Positions 10,084 through 20,947 of a DNA stretch of 64,000 nt are shown here, in pieces. The notes beneath the pieces were generated by a model. That model did no database searches. It was given only the letters and a program-made list of their open reading frames with translations, and had not been told where the DNA came from. How positions within the stretch are numbered: position 1 is the stretch's first letter; the number at the start of each line of letters is the position of its first letter. Source of the DNA: Cyanophora paradoxa CCMP329 (taxonomy: Eukaryota > Plantae > Glaucophyta); assembly GCA_004431415.1 (NCBI GenBank), contig QPMI01000039.1, positions 624,277-688,276 on the forward strand. The letters are read 5' to 3'. A program made the translations under genes and the position numbers.

Positions 10084-13000
10084 GGAGGGGGAGCGGGGCC
10101 TGGCGCTGGAGGTGGCGCAGGACGGCGTGCACGACATCGTCGCCGAGTCCCTCCTCACCCTCCGCGCCTCCGTGCGCCCCGCGCGCGTGCACTAAGCTGA
10201 GCGTGCTCGCCCCGCGCTGATCGGGGGCGGGGCAGGTGGACGCGCGCACGGCCGGCGACGCGTTTCGCGCCCTGCACATGATATGGAAGGGCGGGCGCAA
10301 GGTCCGGGCCCCGCCCTCCCCCCCCTCCCCCGCGCCCCCCGCGATGCGAGGCGTACCCCCCAGGGCGGGGCGGGTGCGATGTTCGAGAGGAACGAGGGGC
10401 TGCTGCCCTACGCGCGGGCCTCCCTCAAGGCCCCCTACGCCGGCCAGGTACCCCCCGCCCCCCCTCCCCCCCCGCGCCCCGCGATCGACCGCCTCCCCAG
10501 TACGCGCTGGCGCTGTTGGCGGACGCGGCGACCTCCACCGCCCCAGGCGCGCCCCATCCCAACTGATTTGATCTCATCCGATCTGATCCAACCTCTCCGC
10601 GCAGTGGCGCAGCGGGTCTTCGACCTGCTGGGCGGGGACGGCATGCTCGCCCTCTTCCAGATGGCCCGCGAGGCCTCCCGCGTGCGTCCGGCGGCGCTCG
10701 AACCCGCAGGGGGCCGCTTTCTTTCTCTCTGTCCTTAAGAGGCCGCCCGCAGGTGGAGGTGATGGAGAAGGCGTACAACCTCATCGCCTGCCTGGCCCAG
10801 GCGCTTGCTCTCCTCCCCTTGCTACTCCGCCGCCGCCCCCCTCTCACAGCTTCCCGCCGCAGTGGCCGGCGCTGCGGGAGGCGTTCGCGGCGGGGGGCTA
10901 CCACGCGATGGCCCTCGCCGACCTGCGCAACCCCATGCGCCAGAACAAATACGCGCGCCCCGTACCCCTCCCGCCCCGCCCCCTTCCCCGGGGCGCCCGC
11001 CTGACGCGCCCTGGCCCGCAGCGCCGCTCCCCCGCCCGCGTCCTCATGGGCCTCGCCCAGCACGGTCCGCTTCGCGTACCCCCCTCCGACCCCGCGTACC
11101 CCCTCCGATCCCCCCCCCCACCGCAGCGCCCATCCACGCGCGGCTCGCCGACGATCGCGCCCTCTCCGCCGCCGTCTCCCTCTCCATGTACCCCCCTCCC
11201 GCCCCGCCCCGCCCCTTCGCACCCCCCTGATCCTCCTCCCTCCCTCCCCCCCAAGGCACCCCGAGCAGGACCTGGTGGGGTACGGCCTCCGCGCGATGAT
11301 CGGCTTCATGCAGGGGACGCGTGCGCCGCCTTCCCCCCCCTCCCACCCACCCCTCGTACCCCCTGACCCCCGCCCCCCTCCCCCCCGCAGCGTCGTTCCG
11401 GCAGAAGCTGGCGTGCGACATGGCGCACGTCGCCCGCCTCGCCGCCTCCCGCGACCGCGCCGAGGCCCACCTCGTCGCCCCGGGTACCCGAACCCCTTGG
11501 CCGGGGCCGGCCCGCCTCCTCCAGCGAGAGCTGACGCGGCATCGGCCCGCAGCGCTGCGGTGCGTGCGGCTGGCGGCGATGGACACGGGCGAGGTGGTGT
11601 CGCGCGACTGGATCGACCTCCAGAAGGAGCAGGAGGCAGCGATCCCGGGCCTCAAGGTGCGCGGCGGCGGGGGCTCTGGCCGCGCGGGGGCGGCGCGGTT
11701 CGGGGCGCCCGGCGCTCCGGATGCGCGGCGGGGCGCCTGATCCGATTCGATTCGATCTCATCTGATCCGATCTGAGCTCACCTGATCCGGTGCGCAGGAG
11801 CTGGGCCTCGCGGAGCAGTCCCTCCGCAAGGAGCTCGCGGCCCTCAACGGTGCGGTACCCCCCCAGGGGGGGGGGGAGGGCGGCTCTGAAGGGTCCCTCG
11901 CTCTCCCCCGCACGCAGGCGAGCGGGCGGTGGCGCGACTCTTCTCCGACAGCGACCGCATCTACTCCATGATCCAGGCGAGCGAGCAGGCGACCGTTCCT
12001 CCGCCCCGTTCTCCCGCCCCCTCACGCCTGCGCCGCAGATCGTGGTGGGGGTGGGCCCCGCGTGGGCCGACGAGGGGGACGAGGCCCTCGCCTCGGGCGG
12101 CCGCTGGGCCCCCGTGCGCCCGCCCCGCCGCCCCGCCCCGCGCGGGATCGAATCCGACTGCTCGGGCGGCCGCTGACGCGCGGGGCGGGCGCAGGCCGCC
12201 GACGCGACGTACCTCCTCGCGACCGTCACCGCCCTCGGCGCGCCCCGCCCGCCCTCCCCCCCTCCCAGGCCCCCGCCCTCTCCTGAGAGCGCCCCGCCCG
12301 CCCCCCGCCCCGCCGGCCCCGCAGACGCCGGCCTGAAGCTGCTGCTCCGGAACACCACCGCCTGCTCCATGGTCCAGGTGCCTTTTCGAAGGGGCGGGCG
12401 GCTCGCCCCGCGCCCACCTCACGCCCCGCCACAGGCGGCGTGCGCCTCGGAGCTGGAGCCGCTGCGGGAGCGCTGCATCGCGGCGACGCGCTGCATCGAG
12501 CGCGGCGTGGCCGCCGCCTTCGCCGACCCCGACCCCTCCGCCGACGCCTCCGCCACCGAGGTGGCCCCGCCCCGCCCGCTGCCTTCGCCCCGCGTTCCGC
12601 GCCTCACGCGCGGGCGGCGCCGCCTCAGGTGAAGCCGATCGAGGCGGGGGCCCCCGAGAACATCCGCAGCGTCGACAGCGACGAGCTCGAGGCGCGCCCT
12701 TCAGAGTCTCCTCTGTCTTTGTCTCTCGCGGCGTCTTACGCTCTGATCTTCTTTGCAGGCGCGGCGCGCGGCGTCGATGCGGCGGCGCTCGATGACGGGC
12801 GCCAGCGGGCGGCGCGGGAGCCTCACCGGCGCCGGCGGGAGCGCCGGCCCCGGGCCGAGCGCCATACCCCCCTGGGTCGCGGGCCCCGGCGCCGGCCTCA
12901 GCAGCGTCGACTCGAAGGACTCGCTCGCCACCGTCACGTCGGCGCACGTGCGTACCCCCCTCCCCGCCCCCGCCCGGGGCCGCGCTGACGCGCCCGCTCA

Positions 13001-15697
13001 GTCCGTGGCGACGGTGGGGCAGCTGAGCCGCCGCGGGAGCGGGACCGTCAGCCACGTGCGCCCGTCCCGCCCCTTGGACTCTTTCTCGCCTTATCCGATC
13101 GGGGCGCAGGTCTGGGCAGACGCGCTGCGGCACGCCCACGAGGGCGAGCGCGACTCGCCCGCCTCGGAGCGCTCCGCCGGGGCTGCGCATGCCACGAGCC
13201 ACCGCCGCCTCTCGCTCGCCGCGGCGGCCCCCCAGCACCGCTCCTCGGCCCGCTTCGCCGCCGCCGCGCCCCACGGGGATGTCCCGGACGAGGAGGCGGC
13301 GGGGGGCGCGCGGCTCGCCCGCTCCCTCAGCGTCCGGCGGGACTCGGCGCGAGAGGGCCCCGCGCACTCCCCGCAGCGCCGCCCCTCCCTCGCCCCCGCC
13401 GACCCCGCCGCCCTTCCCGCCGCGTGGGGCGAGCAGGGCGCGCCCCCCGTCGCCTGGAGCGCCCCCGCCCCCGGCCCCGCCCTCGCCTCGGTGAGAGCGG
13501 TACACCCCCCCGCGGCCGGGCGGGGCTGAGGCGCCTGTACCCCCGCAGAACTGGGGCCGCCGCCCCAGCGCCGACATGGCGCACGGCAGCCTTACCGCCG
13601 CCGACTTCCACGTGCATTCCCCTGTACCCCCCGCCCCGCCCGCAGTCTATTTATAGCTCGCGGCAGGCGGCGCAGGCGGCGGCGATCGCGGCGACGATGG
13701 CGGCCCTGGGCCTACCCCCTGGTGCCCCCCTCCCCCTCCTGGCCCTCCCCGTACCCCTCCCCGTCACCGGCGCCCCTCTTTCCGTCCCCGGCGCGCCCCT
13801 CCCCCTCCCCGGGGCCCCCCTACCAGCTCCCGTGTCCCCTCAGCATCCCCCTCCCGTACCCCCGTCCGCCTTCTCCCCCCACGCCGCCGTCTTCGACGCG
13901 GGAGCACAGGTACCCCCGCGCCCACTCTTTGATGCTGGGGCAACCGCTGATCCGCCAGTACCCCCCAGGGACGGGTACACCAGCACCGCCACTCGCTGCC
14001 GGACCCGTCCATACCGGCGCCGGCGGAGGACGCGCCCCAGGACCCCCAGGCCTTCGCCGCCCCTACCCCCGCGCCGGGCCGCGGGCTGCCCCCCGCCGAC
14101 TTCTTCCAGCCCGGGACCACCTCCTCCGTGCGCGTGCCCCCCTCGGCCCCGGCGCCGGCCTCACGGCCGCCCTGCGGCGGCGCAGAAGCGGGTGCGGAAG
14201 GCGAGCCTGTCGGAGGACGGGAGCCCTGCTACGGCGTCGGCGGCGGCGGCGGCGCTGGCGGCGATGGGGCACCCGCACCCCGTGCCCCGCATCCACACCC
14301 CGGGCTTCCGCTCGGGCTCGATCAGCATCCACCCGCCGGTGCTTTGCCTTGCCTTGCCTTGCTGCTCGCGATGCCCGCCGGGGCGCCGGCGTCTGATTCG
14401 CCGCAGGAGGACCGCCGGGCGAGCAGCTCGTCGCAGGGGAGCGCGGGGGCGGAGGAGGAGGAGCAGAGGGGGCAGCGCGGAGGGGCTAAGGAGGCCGCCT
14501 CGCCCCCGCTGCACACGGCGCCGGCGCCGGCGCCGCCCGGGGCCGTGCCGTCGTCGTCGACGCTGTCGCCGCCAGCCTCGGGCTTCCCCACCGGCGCCGG
14601 CCTCTCGCAGCGCTCCGAGGGCGACACGTCGCGCCCCGCCACCGTGCGCCCCGAAGCCTCGAGGGCCGCTCGGGCGAGGACCTGAGGCGCCGCAGGGCCG
14701 GAGGCCGAGCATAAGCGCCGCGGGCAACGAGCAGCCGTCCTCCCGTCCCCCGACCGTGCGCGCCTTCGCACCTGTGCCCGCGCCCCGCCCCGAGCAGCGC
14801 CTGAGGCCGCCTTTGCGGGCCCCGCAGAGCCGGCGGCCGAGCGTGAGCGTCGCCGAGCCCGCCAAGGAGGAGCCTGTGAGCATCCTGAAGACGTCCAAGG
14901 TACTGTACCCCCGCTGAGCTTCGGCACGGTACCCCCCTGACGCCCGGGGGTAGAGCTTCAAGGCGAAGTCGTTCCGCTCGCGCTCCGTCTCTATCGACCC
15001 CGCCGCCCTCCCCGTGCGCCCCGTACCCCCCTCGCTCCCCCCCCCTCGTATTTAGAGCCCGGCCCGTCCAGAAGCTGGACGACGACGCGGCGGCGGCGGC
15101 GGCGGGCCCCGAGACGGGCCGCCTCAGCTCGCGCCGGGCCAGCGTGCCGGCGGCCGGCGGGGCCGCGGACGGCGCGGGGGTACGGCCGCCGCGGCCAGCA
15201 GCCTCTGGATCCGGCGGGAAAGGACCCCGAGCCCGCGCCGGTGCGCCCCGCACCCCCGCCCCCTGTACCCCCTACCGGGCCTGAGGTTCGATCCGCAGGA
15301 GGCGGCGCCGGAGGGCCCGGACCCGGCGGTCTTCGCGGCGAGCCTCTCGCAGCGGCTGCGGGCGGCGGCGGGGGGCGGCGGGGCGCTGGCGGAGGCGGGC
15401 GGGGCGGCGGGGCCCCGGGGCCCTCCCGCTGCTCGCCCGCGTCGCCGCCCACGCCGACGCCCGCGCCGCCGCCATGCCGCCGCCGCCGCCCCCGCCCCAG
15501 GCCGCCCCCCCCTGCTCCCTCCTCCCGCCGCCAGTCCTTCTCCCTCCCGCCCCCCTGCCCATCGTGTACCCCTCCCGACCGCCGCGCCCGTGGCGGTGCC
15601 GTACCCCGCGGCGCTCGCGGCGGGCTTCGTGCCGCCCCTGCCCCCGATGCCGCCGCCCCCCCAATTCCTCCCGCACGCGTACGCCCCTCACGCGTAG
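9576..15697 (+). CDS. Multi-exon ARM/HEAT-like helical protein with long disordered Pro/Ser-rich C-terminus (5' end uncertain)
   Basis: Spliced helical exons (IAFLKAELGNIKTLQGEIRRVIDDLSH, VEVMEKAYNLIACLAQ, LVGYGLRAMIGFMQGT, DAGLKLLLRNTTACSMVQ); no clear start codon; first exon partly duplicated at ~9405-9510; TAG 15695-15697. Confidence 0.55.
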
Positions 15698-17396
15698 ACG
15701 GCCACACAAGCGCTTGGCCGTGAGCAGCATGCGGAGCTCTCTCTCTTATTACATTACTTTCTCTCATCTACTCCTCTACTAAAGTTAGCCATAGTAGTCA
15801 TGTTTTACACGCCGTGGCGCTATGAATTAGTATACGTACTTAGCTTCGACGTTAACAAGTAATGCGTATACGTAATGTATGCATGCGCAATTTTAACAGT
15901 TACAGCTTTAGATCTGGATTACTTTCAACAGGGCTACCTGTTTTGCGACTTCATTCGACGGGGTCTGGTGAGGGCGGGCGCCGGGCGGGAGGGCGGGCGC
16001 CGGGCCCCGGGCCCCTCTCCGGGCTCCGGGCTCGGCGCTCGTGCGCCGCCGGCGCCCCGGGCGCCTATCATAGTGCGACGACGGGTTACGCAGGCGGCCC
16101 CTGGCCGAGGGCGGGGAACCTGGCCGAGGTCGGGGGCAGGACCTGGCCGAGGGCGGGGGAGGAGGAGGGGCGGGGGGGCGCCGGCGCCGGCGCGGCCCGC
16201 GCGCTCCCCTCCGCCGGCCCGCGCCGGTCCCGGGGCGGGCCTCCGGGGCAGAGGATGACGGGGAGGCGGGGGCCGGCGCCGGCGAGCGCGGCGCCGGCTC
16301 CACTGAAGCGGCGCCGCGCATGCGCAAGGTCGGCGGAGGCGCCGGCGCCGCTGAGGCCTCCGGGCTGTCCTGCCGCCGCGCCGGGAGGCCTGGGGACAGC
16401 GGCTGTTCTCCGCGCACGCGGCGCCGGCACCGATCGACTTCACCTGCCGCCCCGTCGCGACGGAACGCAGCGGCGGCGCAACGGCGCGCGGCGGCGAGGG
16501 CGCGGCGGCACGCGGCGGGACTCGGGCGAGCGGCAGCGGATGGCGCGGGGCCTGCGCGGAGCCGGAGACCGCGTCGTCGCCCGCGGTTAGCGCGGCGGCG
16601 CTGCGCGGTGGAGGACCCTCCGGAAAGAATCAAACGGACGCACCGATCGTCCTCCATGCCAGCTCCCGCCTCGCGCCCGGCAGCAGCGCGGCGAGCGCCG
16701 GTCCCTCTCATGAGAGGAGTCGCTGGAGTGTGCGGGGGACGAGCACTCTGCGCATACAGCGGGGAAGTTTCAACGCCGCGGCGCTGCGCGAGGCCTACAG
16801 CGGGGCTTGCCCTCGCCTTGGATTCTAACCTTAGAGGCTTGGACAGCCTAGGACGTCGACTATTACATCTCTTAGCTTGTATAGAGCCGCAAGCGGCGGC
16901 GGCGGCAGGGGCCAGGGCCAGGCTAATGGCAGGCTTGGAAGGGGGGGTAGAGGGCGGTTGGGTCGCGACTGCGTCAGCACATCGAGAGGCACACGCGGCG
17001 GAGGCGCGCTCGGCGGATCATTAGAGCACGGGCGGAACCGTACTGGTGCGCGCAGCGCGAATCACCGGGGCCGAAGTTTCATTAGCCTTTTCATGTTTCG
17101 TGTTGCTCTTTCCGGCTGAGCGAACGAGCTTGGCTCTCCTCTAAGCGGGTAGTTTCCTTTGGCAGGCCGGGGCCGCCACGACCGAGGTCCGGTCATCGGC
17201 CGCCCGGCACGCGCGCGCCTATAGCTAGCTATCCCAATTTGCAACCGTTTAGCTGCTAGCGCTTAGGCCGACAGCTGCAGCTGCTCATGATCATAGACTC
17301 TCTTCGGAAGTTCCCCTTCAAGGCTTCGCCTAGCGCCGTTACCCATGCGCGGCGCGGGTGTGTGCGCAGCGCTGGCGGCGGCCCGCGGCCGGGGCG

Positions 17397-19905
17397 ATGG
17401 CGGCGGAGAGCTATGACCTCTTCCTCTCCCACAAGCAGAGCACGGGCGGCGACCTCGCCGGCCGCATCAAATCCGAGGTCCGCCCCCGTCGCCCGCCCGG
17501 CCCGCCCGCCCGGCCGGTTCGAGCTCCGCGGGCGCAGCTGGAGGTGCTGCGGCCGGGGATCCGCGTCTTCATCGACGTGGACGCTCTGGGCGACATCCAC
17601 GACCTCGCGGCCGTCATCCGCAGCACCCGCTGCTTCGTCCTCATCATCACGCCCGGTGCGCCGCGCGCGCCCGCACCAAAGAGAGCTCGATTCATGATCA
17701 TCGCCCGCCGCTGCTTATATAATTACGCGCGCTCGCTCGCGCCGCAGAGTGGCTGGAGAGCCTGTTCGTCCTGCGGGAGCTTGCCACCGCCGTCCGCGCG
17801 CAGCGCCGCATCCTCATCGTCTGGGACCGCGACCGGCTCCCCAACTTCCCCCAGAGTGCCCCCGCCCCCCAGCCGCTCTCCCGGCGGCCGCCGGGCTGTT
17901 AACGTTAAGGCGGCTGCAGTCGACTCGCGGACGGTGCTGCCACGCATCGACGAGATGGGCGACGCCGAGCTGCGGGGGACCCTGCAGCGCGTCCTCATGA
18001 TCAAGGCCCGCCTCGCTCGCCCCGCCGGCCCCGCTGCGCCCGGCGCGAGGGGCGGCGCAGGCGATTCCGTACATCCGGGAGAAGGCTTTCCGGGAGACGG
18101 CGCTGCGGGAGATCCTCCAGCGCTTCGACGCCGCCCAGCCCTTCCGCATGGACGCCGCCCCGGCCCCCGCCCCGGCCCCCGCCCCCATCAACCACGGCGC
18201 TGCGGCTGTGGTGCGCCGCGCGCGCCGCCGCTCAGCGGCTGCGGCTGCGCGGCGAAGTGACGCGGGGCGGCAGGCGGCGGACATGGCGCGCCTCTCCGTC
18301 TCCGTCCGCCCCCCCACCCCCCGCCCGCCCCGCCCTGCCGGCCCTGAGGCCCCGTAGGAGCTGAGCGTGCGGTCGGGGGAGAGCGTCGCGGCCGCCGTGG
18401 CGCGGGCCGCCCCAGGGCAGACAATCCGCGTTCAGCCCGGCCGGTGCACATGCGTCCCTTCCCCGGCCCAGAGCGGCCCCTCGGACCGACCCGGCGCCGC
18501 AGGTACAAGGAGCAGCTGGTGCTGGACAAGGCGGTGCACGTCGTCGGGCCGCGGGAGGCCGTCCTCGAGTGGGACCAGAGCCCCACGCTGCACTGCAAAG
18601 GGCCTGTGGCGCCGAGCGTCAAGGGCATCACGATCCGGAACACGGGGCCGAAGAATGGGACACTGTGGATCACGGGCGGGAGCCAGGCGGTCGTGGAGGG
18701 CTGCGATGTGTCCAGCGCCGGCATGAACGGCATCGAAGTCAAAGACGACGGGACGGCCCCGACGCTGCGCGGTGGGCGCCCCGGCCCACCCCCGCCCCCT
18801 GCCCTCCGTTTGACCGATTCCGCGATGCGCAGGGAACGCGGTGCACGACTGCGGCGGGGCGGGCATCTTCTTCTACACGTCGGCAAAGGGCGTCGCGGAG
18901 GGCAACGACGTCTACGGCAACGCGAACTCGGGCATCCAGATCAGTGAGGGCGCGGACCCCGTCGTGAAGGGCAACAAGGTCCACGACGGCAAGGCGGCCG
19001 GCATGTACGTGCTGGAGAACGGGCGGGGCACGGTCGAGGGCAACGACGTCTACGGCAACGCGAACTCGGGCATCGCAATCAAGACCGGCGCGGACCCCGT
19101 CGTGCGGGGCAACAAGGTCCACGACGGCAAGCAGGGCGGCATCCTCGTGTACGAGAACGGGCGGGGCACGGTCGAGGGCAACGACGTCTACGGCAACGCG
19201 AAGTCGGGCATCCAGATCTCGATCGGCGCTGACCCCGTCGTGCGGGGCAACACGGTCCACGACGGCAAGGCGGGCGGCATCCTCGTGAATGAGAACGGGC
19301 GGGGCACAGTTGAGGGCAACGACGTCTACGGCAACGTGCAGCCCGGCATCGGGATCTCGACCGGCGCTGACCCCGTCGTGAAGGGCAACAAGGTCCACGA
19401 CGGCAAGCAGGGCGGCATCTTCGTGTGTGAGAACGGGCGGGGCACGGTCGAGGGCAACGACGTCTACGGCAACGCGTTCTCGGGCATCGAGATCAAGACC
19501 GGCGCGGACCCCGTCGTGCGGGGCAACAAGGTCCGCGACGGCAAGCTGGAAGGCATCTTTGTGTACGAGAACGGGCGGGGCACCGTCGAGGGCAACGACG
19601 TCTACGGCAATGCGCTGGCGGGCATCCAGATCAGGGAGGGCGCGGACCCCGTCGTGCGGGGCAACCGGTGCGCCCGCGAGCTCCTCTGTGCCTATAATCC
19701 CCCCGCATCTCCTCCGCCCCTGACACCCGCCCCCCGCAGGGTGCACGACCAGAAGTACGGGATCTGCGTGCGAGACGGCGGCAAGGGCACCATTTCTGGG
19801 AACACGCTCGAGCGCATCTCGGACCCGTCCTACGCGCCCTGCAGCGGCGTGAAGGTCCTCGACGGCTGCACCCCGGCCGTGCAGGGGAACACGTTCCGCC
19901 AGTAG
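17397..19905 (+). CDS. TIR (TIR_2/SARM1-like) domain + beta-helix repeat protein
   Basis: Spliced: MAAESYDLFLSHKQSTGGDLAGRIKSE/LEVLRPGIRVFIDVDALGDIHDLAAVIRSTRCFVLIITP/EWLESLFVLRELATAVRAQRRILIVWD (TIR box 1, and alphaC with Glu). Then a PA linker and the same ELSVR..beta-helix exons as 4892-9014; TAG 19903-19905. Confidence 0.88.
18901..19667 (+). repeat. Coding tandem array, 5.5 x 138 bp beta-helix units
   Basis: Same 46-aa unit as 7871-8775, one unit fewer. Confidence 0.95.
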
Positions 19906-20407
19906 CGCTTGAATTGTGTTTGTCCTAGCTATGGTTGAATTGTGTGAAGTCCTCCGGGCGCTGGCTCGAATCCAGACAAGGCCGACTCGGAGAGAGCGAG
20001 CCCGAGGCCAATCGCTATGGCGCGGATTGCGATCGACGTCGACGGCCGCGGACATGGCCGACGGATGGAGAGGAGCAAACTGCAATACGCGGAATCGGCG
20101 GGGCCGCGAACTCCAAGCCGCCAGCGCACCCGGCCGATGAGAAGAGTCGCCCGCGCCTCGACCTCCGAGCCCGGAGCGCCGGGGCGAGTCGAGAGGACTA
20201 GAGATTCGGTCAAATTTCCTATTTGCTAGTTTGTCAAGCGAGAGGCACCGGTGGCGTACGCGTGGTCGCCAGACGCTCCACTGGGCCATCGATGATCAGT
20301 CGCGGCCCTGGTCGCCTAGATCAGCCTAATTATAAGCCATCAGACGCCGTTGCGGCAGCGCGCCTTGACGCTGACGGATCTGAACGCTTACCAGTATGGA
20401 TCATGGA

Positions 20408-20947
20408 TCAGTACTAGTCTGCTGCGGTGCCGGCGGCAGCACGCACCTGGCGAAGTCCACGGCCATCGTGGGCATCGGCTCCCGCGGCCAGCTCGAGCTC
20501 GGCGACGCATCCGATGGTGCCTATGCGCCGCCTGGCCCCTCCGCCCTGCGCGCCGCCTCGCGCGCGCCCCGTGCCGCTCACATGGCGCGCGCGCCCTCTG
20601 CCTCAGTGTCGCCGAGCGACCACGAGTCGCGGAAAGAGAGCGCGCGGGGAGAGAAAGCGCCCGACGGCCCCGCCGCGAGCAAGTACAAGAGCCTCAGGAG
20701 GCGGCCCTCCTCGTGCGCTGCCCCGCAGTGCCCCGGCCCGCGCCGCGCCGCGCCGCGGCGACCGACGAGCGCCCCGCGCCCCGCAGCATCGCGTTCCTCA
20801 GGGCGGAGCTCGGGAACATCAAGACGCTGCAGGGCGAGATCCGCCGCGTCATCGACGACCTCAGCCACGGTGCCTCGAGCTCGCGCGAGGCGTCGCAGCT
20901 AAGGCGGCGGCGGGGCGGGGCGGGCAGACGGCGGGGCGGGCAGACGC
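20408..20947 (+). pseudogene. Truncated third copy of the ARM-like gene 5' exons, abutting the histidine kinase
   Basis: Matches ~9540-10083 (HLAKSTAIVGIGSRGQLELGDASD; IAFLRAELGNIKTLQGEIRRVIDDLSH); similarity stops abruptly after gggcagacgc. Confidence 0.7.
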
